From contig NC_047028.1 in NCBI RefSeq assembly GCF_902652985.1, positions 35,650,001 to 35,714,000 on the forward strand: DNA of 64,000 nt, in the 5' to 3' direction. The number at the start of each line of letters is the position of its first letter. Position 1 is the first letter of the stretch. The stretch comes from Pecten maximus. Taxonomy: Eukaryota. Positions 53,286 through 64,000 of the stretch are shown piece by piece. A model generated the notes under the pieces. That model was given only the letters and a program-made list of their open reading frames with translations. It did no database searches and was not told the DNA's origin. The position numbers and the translations under genes were made by a program.

Positions 53286-55099
53286 TATTATTACTTTGTA
53301 GCTTATCACCTTTTCAAAGTCCAATATCATCATTTTCTGCCCATTGCAATCCAGTGTGATTTCTTTACAAACATCAATATACAAATGCAAAATTGATCCA
53401 TGTGGCGTAAAAACACACAATTCTCATCCACCGGCAACAGTATCTAGGATAGACCGCGGAAAAGCCGCAAATACAGCGCAAATGTTAAAGTGTTTATTAG
53501 TTAAGTGATAATAAAGAGGGTTATTGCATTTAATGGCGGTCATTCATATTTACTGAAGGCGCTGAGTCTACTCTGTAGTAAATCCCCTTGTATGGGACAA
53601 TGGCGAATGACTTAGCTTCTAACACGTATCAATTACTGTTTTATCAACAGATCGGCCAGGAAGTGTTTGTACAACAACTGTGTCAGCTTCTGCAGCTTAA
53701 AACTAGATAGAATAGGAGTATTGGGGAAGTCGTATGATATTGGTCCCTCGTCCGTTAATGTAATATCCGGCCTTAAAAACCTAGCTCAATGTCATACCGA
53801 ACGGGAGTTAGGTAATTCGGTTTTAATGAAAGTTGCTTTGCCACTCCGATAGTTCCACAGTATCCAGCCCAGTCGACTAATTTCATCTTATCGTTAAATT
53901 AAATTTTGAGGAAGATTCGATATTTGACATAAGTTGTATGTCACTATCTGTCTAACGCGCATGTGCAGTTATTGATGGAGACATCGTAGCTTCTCTGACT
54001 CCAGATATATCGTAGAAATACAAATTAACTTAGCGTGGATCGCACCACTTTCTCTTCAAATTATCCGGACTGCGAAAATTAAACTAATATTTCGCAAGGA
54101 AATGATTGCTTTTAACAGCGATATCTTTGAATTAGCGAAATATATGTTAAATTCATTGTGACAGTTAGAGACCTTTTTAAGATCAATAATATAAATTTAT
54201 TATTTAGCTTTATAACACAACAGTGACATTGCAACAAGCGAATTCCAATGCTACTATACATATTTACAACACGGAACTGAAAATATATTTTCAGGGCAAA
54301 TGTGTGTGAAAGTATGACATGCTTTTTACGGCACGGAAATGGAGGAAAGTTGCTTATTATTGACACTTATATCATGTCATCGATCACCCTGTTCTATGTT
54401 TATATGTATTTAAATAACATGTGTCACAGCTAGAACGTCAGTAAAACAACACTAGAATGAATATCAAAGCCGGAATCAAAAAAAAAAAAAAAAATTTACA
54501 GCGCAATTATACATATTGTATTAAAATAAGTGATGTTTTTGTATGACGCAAATATGTAGATTTGTTTTGCCACGTTAAGATAATACGGACACTGGTATCT
54601 TACACAACGGTGACTGCTTCGACTTAACAACTAGCAATGCCTTGTTCTAGTTAGAGGTAGTTGGTACGGCAGAACAGTTCACGTGTAAACCATAGGGGAA
54701 TCGTTATCACATCAATTTACTCAGGTTTGGAACATGCTGATAATATTTTCCAGTGCGTCTCGTACCCTATTTCCGACAGTATATTTACGTTTGTAATTGA
54801 GTAAGGCACGAAGTAGTCTCGAGTTCAATGCACACATATGTCTTAGCAACATAAATGGCACATCTCTATAATAGAGATCTCTGTAAGGTTGTAGATTTGT
54901 TTAACCTACCATTTATTGCGTTTGGAGGTAACATATTGTTGCTTAAAAGTTCTAAGTCCTTTACGAATGTTTTGTCGTCATAAAAAATCTAATTCAGTTC
55001 AGTCCTACAAAATCACGTGACTCATTGTTTATTTCCTTAATTGTCTATGACAACCGACAGGTACAATTTTATGAGTTCGGGTCGCTGATCTACGTATTT

Positions 55100-55440
55100 T
55101 CGCAGCGACAGAACGAAATATCGCGTAACGACACAACGAAATAACGCAAAGAGACAGAAAAGAAAAAACGCTAACCGGCTGAACGAAATAAAGCGAAGTG
55201 ACAGAATGAAATAACTCGAAATGACAGAAACGAAATAACGCGAAACGACAGAAACGAAATAACGCGAAACGACTGAACGAAATAACGCGAAACGACTGAA
55301 CGAAATAACGCGAAACTACGGTAACGAAATAACGCGAAACTACGGTAACGAAATAACGCGAAACTACGGTAACGAAATAACGCGAAACGACTGAACGAAA
55401 TAACGCGAAACTACGGTAACGAAAAAACGCGAAGCGATAG
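55100..55440. repeat. 23-27-bp minisatellite
   Basis: aacgaaataacgcgaaac(gactg/tacggt). Confidence 0.92.
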
Positions 55441-56369
55441 AAGAAATCTTATCTTTCTTACACATTGAGATCGAAAGAAATGTCAAAATCTAGATGGGGT
55501 AGGAAATATCCAAATAATTCAATAATTTTTATAATTCATTTGATTAACCCGAAATAAACCGGCTCACTATTCAAATGAATTAGAGAGTGGCATACAGGTT
55601 ACGGCAAACGTCGGGGACAATAGACCACCAACAGCGTATATATATCATCAAGAATACCAGCGAATTGAACAAAATACACATAATCAAGACCTTTCAATAC
55701 AAATTAAGAGTCAGATACAGTAGAGTCAGAGTTAAACTGCATCGTACAACTGTTTCGTCTTTCGATAACTCGTCAGCGATTTTAAGGACCTAAATCGTTG
55801 ATACCTTAAGATGATCATCGTTATTTCGGCAGTAAACCACAACATTACGACACTGCCCGTTATTATAGCGCTGTGCGTGGAGACGGCTATGGCGGTATGA
55901 TAGCTCCTATTATCTTCAACAGAAGGAATCTGTTATTTGTGCAAAATAAAGAAATGCGTGTTTTTGAAGGTCGTCGAGAACTGGTATCTGATTCAGTGGC
56001 CGCCGTTATTAACGGTAGGTGGCGTTGTCTAAGAATCACAATGACTCGGAGTAACAATAAACGGAACAACATCTAAACCTTGATCTCACGTAAAGTCTCA
56101 TTTCCACGTATGTCTGTTTGCATTGATGTCTTTTATTTCCCTACAATCTTTCTTCGGGGCATAACATTTAGGCGAGCCCGACGTTGCCGGGGAAAGTTGA
56201 AAACATGGACTGGCTCGACCAGAATGATTCAAAGCGCTTTGCTCATTCTCTCTCCTCTTGAAATCATAAGGATCCTTGGAAAAAATATACCCTGTACTTT
56301 GCTTCAGGCACTGAATCAGAGTATTGAATGTATATCAACGAAAACTAGATCATCGTTTTAAGAGTAAAA

Positions 56370-56905
56370 CCTCGAACATTAAATCAATGTATTTAGTGTA
56401 AATCCACGAACACTGAATTAATGTATTTAGTGTAAATCCACGAACACTGAATTAATGTATTTAGTGTAAATCCACGAATACTGTATCGATGTTTTTAGTG
56501 TAAATCCACGAATACTGTATCAATGTATTTAGTGCAAATCCACGAACACTGAATTAATGTATTTAGTGTAAATCCACGAACACTGAATCAATGTATTTAG
56601 TGTAAATCCACGAACACTGAATAAATGTATTTAGTATAAATTCACGAACACTGAATCAATGAATTTAGTGTAAATCCATGAACACTGAATCAATGTATTT
56701 AGTGTAAATCCACGAACACTGAATCAATGTATTTAGTGTAAATCCACGAACACTGAATCAATGTATTTAGTGTAAATCCACGAACATTGAATTAATGTAT
56801 TTAGTGTAAATCCACGAACACTGAATTAATGTATTTAGTGTAAATCCACGAACACTGAATTAATGTATTAAGTGTAAAATCCACGAATACTGAATTAATG
56901 TATTT
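56370..56905. repeat. 34-bp minisatellite, ~15 copies
   Basis: atgtatttagtgtaaatccacgaacactgaat(t/c)a. Confidence 0.97.
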
Positions 56906-57052
56906 CAATCCGTCCATCAAACATCAATTGATTCAATCCTTTTGTTCACTGCTATCCATTTTTTGTTGCCCGTTGGGTTTATTCGGCTAATGAAGTACAT
57001 TCCTTATTTAACACATAAATATCCTCAAAGTTAAAAGTGGTGCCTGTTTTGA

Positions 57053-57260
57053 CTAAAACACACTTCCGTGTGAACTTATTCCTAAAACACACTTCCGTGT
57101 GAACTTATTCCTAAAACACACTTCCGTGTGAACTTTTCCTAAAACACACTTCCGTGTGAACTTATTCCTAAAACACACTTCCGTGTGAACTTATTCCTTA
57201 AACACACTTCCGTGTGAACTTATTCCTAAAACACACTTCCGTGTGAACTTATTCCTAAAA
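57053..57260. repeat. 29-bp minisatellite, 7 copies
   Basis: cctaaaacacacttccgtgtgaacttatt. Confidence 0.97.
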
Positions 57261-57628
57261 TGAATGGCGCACGTTTTTATAGCTATAACGACAATACCAG
57301 ATGTGTTCTGGAATCAAAATAAAGAAGATAGATGTTTCTCTTGTTTTCAGTTCTCGAATAATTAAGGATTTCATTAGTATGGATGTGAATTGGTTATAAT
57401 ACGACAGTGGATTATCTAAAACAGTACATTCATTTAAATTTAAGATGGATTCCCCGTCTAAGAAGGTATATCTCATCAGTTCATGGCGAGATTTAGATCA
57501 TTTTTCACTTTCGGTAATGAAGACTACACAGGGAGGTATCGTGGATAATTCTAATTCATTTAGAGTGTTAACAATGTAGATATTTCAAATAAATCATTAT
57601 GTGCTATAAGGATATAACCGTGAATTCT

Positions 57629-57720
57629 AAACATCAGTTTGTGTTGTTTAAAGTTGTGATTTAGAAAACCGAACATCCGTTTGTGTTGCTTAAAGTTGTG
57701 ATTTAGAAACAAGAACATCA
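57629..57720. repeat. Two-copy ~43-bp tandem duplication
   Basis: aacatc(a/c)gtttgtgttg(t/c)ttaaagttgtgatttagaaa occurs twice. Confidence 0.85.
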
Positions 57721-59179
57721 CACTGGTAACCCTAAAACCTTGAATTTACTCGCGCGAGTTTGAATTTTTCAGTGAAAGTGAGCGTTTTCAACGTGGCGTG
57801 AGTATTTTAAGTGTAATTGAGTATTCTCAGTGTGTCGTTTTTAAATTCAGTATGCCGTTTTTAAATTCAGAGTGCCGTAGATCGTTACGCATCAGCGCAC
57901 TCGACAAGTAGTATAGGATTACCTGTACCGATCCCGCGATCGATCGATGAAACGTCCAACACCGCGCACGACCTCGTGTATCGTACGGTAGAAATACGTG
58001 TTCTTGCAAACGGGAAATATTACTGGAAGCAACATTTATTGCTCTCGGATTTGAACATTATTCTTTACTCCAGATCAATCGTTATCTATTGTAATTACGC
58101 CTGTAATTAATCACAACCCACCTATTCCGTTTACTTGCTCCGAGATCGACTGATATTGTCGTGATATTTGATGTACTTGTTTTCGGTAATACGGCGGTGG
58201 TGTTGTCAAAAAAATACCCATGTTATGATTTACCCCGTATAATGTGAAGTGTTCATATGAGAAAGTGTATTGGAGCAATAAACCGGTTACGTTGACTACT
58301 GTACATCGTATTTTGTTATTTATTTATAATACTTGACCCGGGCGGGATCCATAAGTAATCACTGTGTATTAACTGTGTCAATCTTCCTGTTTCAGATATC
58401 CATAACTGAGAAGTATCGCCGTTGCTGTTACGTGTTCAAGAAACCGTCAACACATGTGATGATTGATAAACATGTTTAATTATACAATTAAATTGTTATA
58501 TCGCCAGTATATTGCATTTTGTTATTTATACTTACCCGGGACGTATCGGAGATGACGTACAGTAGCAAGTAAAGTATTCAACGTTTATATTAACTGTTTC
58601 AATCTTCTTTTTCAGGTATTCCATGACCCAGGTAGAATGACGTTGTTCATCATATTTTCAAGTGGGTTCGAGGATAGAAACCTACATCTCATTTATCAAT
58701 AAAATAGTCATCAGAAGTATATCTATATGCAGTTATATTCATTAGCTTACCTGGAGCAGATCGACGATCCTATCCATTACTTGGTAACGGGTGTCTTCAG
58801 GTAAGATATATCCTATCACAACACACTGCGTTTAACAGCTATTAAAGCAAAACCCTTTCATTTGTTGTATATGTTATCAAACAATATATATACAAAGAAA
58901 TAAGTGTCCAACTACTAACCCGGATATTTTGTATCCAATGTATTTAATCGTACCATGGAATTTGTAAGATGGGCGGTCGTGTCTCTTTGTCGACCTGTGT
59001 AAACCCCACGGGGACTAGTATTTAATTGTCAACGCAACACTTTCTATATAGAATATCAAGATTTGGTGTTGGCAAAAGGGATTCGGGACAACGTTTATCA
59101 CAACTTTGAATTATTCGAATTTGACACAACAACCTGTTTTTAGGAAGTCGTTCCAAAGTACGAGCTTCAGTGTTGAAAT

Positions 59180-59572
59180 AACGTTCCCAAATATAAGTAC
59201 AAATACAACAGTTACATACTTGATTTTTTTATTATACTCTCAAGCAGAAGAAAATTCAGACGTTTAAACAAATTTCAAATATGAACCTCGAGTATTGATA
59301 GAATTTCGAACCCCCGCGCATCATGTTATTTATGGAAGGCGGCCATTACAGAAACTATGTGTGGAATTTATGTCAATTTTCAGAGTCGCCAAAATTCACG
59401 TTCCCAACAACATTTGCCACTGAACATATCTCATATATTTCATTATATCCCCAAGCAGAAGAAAACTCATACGTTTTAAGAAATTTCAAATATGAACCTT
59501 GAGTATTGATAGAATTTCGAATCCCTGCGCATCATGTTATGGAAGGCGGCCATTACAGAAACGGTAATGTGT
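59180..59572. repeat. Two-copy ~210-bp tandem duplication
   Basis: caagcagaagaaaa...gagtattgatagaatttcgaa...ggaaggcggccattacagaaac at 59241-59355 and 59452-59562. Confidence 0.85.
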
Positions 59573-59752
59573 GGACGTAATTATCCCAATTATAGATACC
59601 GACTCGGTAATTGATATATTGTTTTTATATATATAAACATTTGCAATAAATATATAATTGTAAAAGTTCTGAGGAGTTACGGCACTACTGTTTTAGTTCC
59701 GACTCCTGAGACCAGTGTATCCTCGTATAGTGATTTTCAAGCTCGTCAACTC

Positions 59753-60379
59753 TGTGGTTCTGTCTCGACATTTACAGCTGGCTACAGATCAATGGAATGA
59801 CAACACAGTTTATAACGTTCAACATTTTATTATATGAAGATTAGAAGTGATGAAACATGATGACTGAATATATACACAATGCTCACGTAACCTAACTGTG
59901 CGTCCGGTCCATATCTCGTATGAAAAATATCCACCCCTGTCCCTGCCTGGGGATAAATGTACCCAAAAATACAGCGACTATAACATGCCTACAACGGGAA
60001 AAGACCACCCGAAATAACAACGGAATTACTGACTATATCATGCCTATTATTGAGAGAAAAATACCACCCAACCCGGGATAATTTAGAGGTTTAAGTCCGA
60101 AATCTACTGCATACCTGACTCTGTGAAGGAGAAAGACGAGCCGGCCAGCTACATGTAAGCCTCTGCCAGACTGTCATATAATTATGCCTCGAAATACACG
60201 TGCAGTTTGTCCCAAGACTATAGATAGACCGATACCTGAGCGTAGAGTAATGTACAGGTAAGGTGATTATAAATAAACACATACCCCGAACATTAGCCAA
60301 TCAGAAACGTCGACAATACAACCGGAAGGGATTCCCCAACGGGAATACCCCGTATAAACAATATGGACCGATGATCACA
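59753..60379 (-). mobile_element. Possible solo LTR
   Basis: TGTG...CACA termini. On the minus strand an ATTGG/CCAAT box and TATA-like tttataa lie near the 5' end, and AATAAA lies ~75 bp before the 3' end. No clean TSD. Confidence 0.4.
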
Positions 60380-60512
60380 ACAACACGCACTCTGATTTAC
60401 AGGATGTAAATATGGTACTATATACAACAAGTAAGTGTTCAAAACCCAAATCTTTTACATAAAAGTAGTTTTTATTGCATAAATTCGAGTGCTGGATGTT
60501 TTTCGAGTGTTT

Positions 60513-60538
60513 TTGGTGGTCCTGAAAAGGGCCGTCAT
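60513..60538 (-). terminator. Replication-dependent histone-type 3' UTR stem-loop (one stem mismatch)
   Basis: Minus strand gacGGCCCTTTTCAGGACCaccaa versus consensus aacGGYYCTTTTCAGRRCCacca. Confidence 0.65.
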
Positions 60539-60539
60539 T

Positions 60540-60960
60540 ATAGTGTAGCTATAGACGAATCAAAGCGACTGCATGACTTCTATCTTCCTTCCATTGTTAC
60601 TGCAGTATCCGCTGTTGGAGAAGGCAAATTCCATCTTTAGAGTCAGGTGTGTGCCATTCTTGCGCTGAACCGAGTCTGTGGAAGCAAGTTTGGTCCGTGC
60701 ACCCAGATCTTATCGTGGTGGATTTTCTTCATAACTCAGTTAATGAGTGATAACCCGTTTGTTGTAGGTCCGATCATGACGTGGAAACATACTTGGTTAA
60801 CTCCCTGGGCAATCAAAACGTCATAGATTCGAATGGTGGTTGTTTTGATTTCAGCCGATGTACTGTCCATTACATCATTCTCTCCGGCCTGGATGAAGAC
60901 TGCCCGGTACTTGGACAGGTCTTTTGTCGTTGTGGGTGTGGTGCGAAAGTAATCAATGCT
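60540..60960 (-). pseudogene. 5'-truncated, frameshifted SGNH/GDSL hydrolase (esterase-like) fragment, probably from a mobile element
   Basis: Manual translation from 60960: SIDYFRTTPTTTKDLSKYRAVFIQAGENDVMDSTSAEIKTTTIRIYDVLIAQGVNQV (block III GxND at 60885-60874). After frameshifts it reads MFPRHDRTYNKRV, LIN*VMKKIHHDKIWVHG and DSVQRKNGTHLT (block V DGxH-like, 60658-60644). Confidence 0.6.
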
Positions 60961-63900
60961 TTTGTTATATTAGGTATATTCACATGTCTACGGATGAGCC
61001 GAAAGGCTTAAAGTAATAAAGAACTTAACTTTGGTGACATGTGTTTTGATATTAACTTTGACATGTTTTTAGAATATCGATATCCACGGCTATTAATTAC
61101 TCAAGTCAACCAATACAGATTCGTCTGCATAGTGTCTGTACAGAAAGACTAACGTGTCATGTGATCTGTTTTATTCATGAAACCGATAATATTGTGCACA
61201 GGTGAGATACCCAGGTAAACTGGCCAATGCAACAATCATAGGAAGTCAGGCATGACAACGACTAATTAATCAACGCCCCAGGACACCGCTAGGTCAGCAG
61301 GTCAACTGGACACTTTCCAGGTAAACGGGTATTTACGAAATTCACTGAGTTCGGTATACTGCCGCTAATTATATTCTAATTAATGCCCCGGGGATGAGGT
61401 CTTCGGTGAAAAGCTTGTGCCTGACGGGGTCAGTTAACTTTTGGTGTGTGGACCCACTTTTCGTGAGGTAGCCTACACACATGTTGTGCACATGTTTCAG
61501 TAGCAGCACTGCTGTAATGCTACGAGATCAATTCTTCTGACGATCAGGCTTATAGATATATGACCAATTGACTGTTTTATTTAATATGTCCATTGACAAA
61601 ACATCGTGTGCGCTGATTTCAGATTAGAATTTCAGATTATAATAGACCATCGTTCTTTGTTTGATTGATTGATGCACAGATTTAAGGGAGTAACTGAAAT
61701 GGTGGCCTGCAGTATAGACGACAGTGTGGACATTAGCAACACAGACCAGTCTGAAGATTCAAATTCAACTTCATTTATTCTCTTTTCACATATGATCTGG
61801 ATACGAGATTTAGGGTTGATGAATTTGGTGAATATTGCTGACAAGAAGTTGGAATCCACCAATATCAATTTGAGCTTTTAAGTGATTAATTTGTATTGAA
61901 ATGGAATCTGAAATGACCGCTTAGGTAACACAACCTGATGTGTTATACCAGGGAAATACAGATGGTATACACGATCTAATAATCGGTCAATCATCAATAA
62001 ATATATATTGGTTATGTCTTACTCATTACTATAAAAAGGAACACCGCATCATCATTATTTAAATAAAATAATGTGTCATTTCAAAATATAACAGTTCTGG
62101 ATATTCTGGTTTGTGAGACGCTACACACATACTGTAAACTTATGCATTATAATCTATGCAAAACCCTCTTTTAGTCATGAAGGACACTTAATTCAGAAAG
62201 TTATATTTTATATAGATTCATCATGATCTACAATAGACTAGTATCTCTTCCGTATGAAAACCAGTGTTTGAGCCTACAACTTGCTTATTATCATACAGAT
62301 CTTATCCCTTATGTTACATGTCATGGTCCCAGGGACTACCGACGATTAAATGCTTGAGAAAGATATAATTTATATACGATCGTTGAAAGTGAAATTATAT
62401 CAAAGTGCTTGGCAACAATTATAATAGTATTGGTCGATACGTACAGGTACATATCACAGAGACTTATTAAAACCATAATTTTTATTTCCGTTTTTTTGTG
62501 TGATAAAAAACATACAATTTAGTTCATCGTGACTAATCATAATTAATACTAAAATTATTAAACTCGCAATGGTTAAAATGTATTTTTTTCTTTTATTTCG
62601 TTTTTTCATTTATTTATCTTTCTTTTCTTTTAGTAATTGTGTAATTATCGTGAAGTGATTGAGATCCTTGTGTTTTACTTTCCATTCGTGTGTCGCAAGT
62701 CATGTCTTCTCTTAAAACAGGAATTAGAAAAAATATACCAGCATGTTCGGAGAATTACGAATCCTCAAGTTTGGGTTGGTTAGTATACCGCTAAACAATT
62801 TCCAGGTGAGAAATTACGGTCCACAAGCTTATAACACCTGTCACTGCACCACAGGTGTCTGTGATTTCTGGCGTTCAGGTTCTAATCGGCACATGCCGAT
62901 AATTACTTGTGAGTTCACACGTTAGGTTTCCATGCACTTCAAAAAAGTTCCGAAGATATATTTTTGGAATTCAGTGAGTTTCGTTTTTCCTACAAGCAAA
63001 ACAAATTCGTATCTCAAAAGTTTGCCTATAGAATAATTAACCAAATGTGGCTCATTCACATAACCACGATGTTGAAAATTTACTCTATGAATCCTGTCTG
63101 GGAGTTACTAATTTTTCATGAACAAGTGTTACAACGACCCGTTGAAATAGAAAATTATTCAATTTTTAATGTTAATGACCCGTAATCATAGAAAATTAGC
63201 AAGAGGATACACGTTGTATTTGGCCCGTTATAAAAGAAAATTAGTAAGATGTTACATGTTGTATACGGCTTGTTATAATAAACAAAATAGTAAGATGTTA
63301 CATGTTATATATGGCCTGTTATAATAGAAAATTATATGTCCCTGGTTTTGGTAGCACATTTATATGGGGATAACATATGTGTGAGTTTGTACTTATCCCG
63401 ATTCATCTCATCTCAACACCTTTACCAAAAGTGGTTGGTATACAGAGAAAGAAAATACGATAATAATGCAAACTATATAAAAAAAAATAACAGCGTTCTT
63501 CCTTTGGATTTCCTTAAATATACAGCAATTATCATCATTAAGAGTTACTTTTCTCCGTTTCACTCCGAAAGTGCCAGTCTTCTTTCACACCTGTCCAGTC
63601 ACCCATTGTTAATTACACGGACACATGTGGTTACTGTTTTCTTTGAGATTATCATTTTAAACAGTGAAGTGTATCCCCTAACCGAACTTCCCACTGCGCG
63701 AGTTCTTCTAGAAGACCTGTAAAATACATGTACCATAACCTATATGTTACCAGAAACATGGACACAAACACACATCAGTGAGGACTGACCGAGTTTGGCT
63801 GGGTGGACCCGGTCAGACGCTGGAGCTGTCACCTGTACCCTATACCGTAACCTGTATGTTACACGAGTAAACACACTTACCTTTGCAGAATAACACGCCC

Positions 63901-64000
63901 GTATGTCTGTAAGGCCATTGTAATACATTCATGTTATAAGCAGAGTTATTAGTTTAATTGCAAATTATCCTCTGCAGAGTTATTAATTTAATTGCAAAAT

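Larger units (their letters stand above)
34349..64000 (+). other. Large intron 1 of the NALF-family gene (3' end outside the window or unrecognised)
   Basis: GTAAGT donor. I found no downstream exon starting with the expected xxYKxWxC motif, and the region is filled with repeats. Confidence 0.6.

Noticed and set aside
58380-58720. NALF exon 2 at the tttcag acceptors
   Set aside because: Phase-0 translations (ISIT..., VFHDPG...) lack the expected YKxWxC and downstream cysteines.
60540-60960. Histone gene upstream of the stem-loop
   Set aside because: The minus-strand translations I made show no histone-fold or Lys/Arg-rich tail sequence; SGNH-like motifs appear instead.
60988-61014. Hammerhead ribozyme (cggatga-gcc-gaaa-ggc-ttaaa)
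   Set aside because: The core deviates at both CUGA and GAAA, and I could not find stems I/III. Only a short GAAA-loop hairpin is supported.

Overview
AT-rich eukaryotic genomic DNA, most likely a bivalve mollusc (inferred from V-, Meta- and CORE-type tRNA SINEs and a HINE-like fragment). About 40% of the window is locus-specific minisatellite or satellite arrays, mostly with 21-40 bp units, and these generate nearly all of the ORF track. I can support only one host coding exon: the first coding exon (33818-34348, +) of a NALF/FAM155/NLF-1 (Mid1-family) NALCN auxiliary subunit. It is followed by an intron of at least 29 kb that runs off the window. The rest is SINEs, MITEs, foldback elements and a possible solo LTR. 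Three observations stand out. (1) A decayed SGNH/GDSL-hydrolase reading frame (- strand, 60540-60960) ends in a replication-dependent-histone-type 3' stem-loop, although no histone gene is present. (2) Intron 1 of NALF carries tandem repeats with about 19 consensus ROREs and 10 canonical E-boxes, and the fly orthologue of this gene is clock-controlled. (3) There are two opposed satellite arrays apparently built from transposon-like termini, plus several nested palindromic elements. No CRISPR, rRNA or intact tRNA gene was seen. All family assignments are by eye and need database confirmation.
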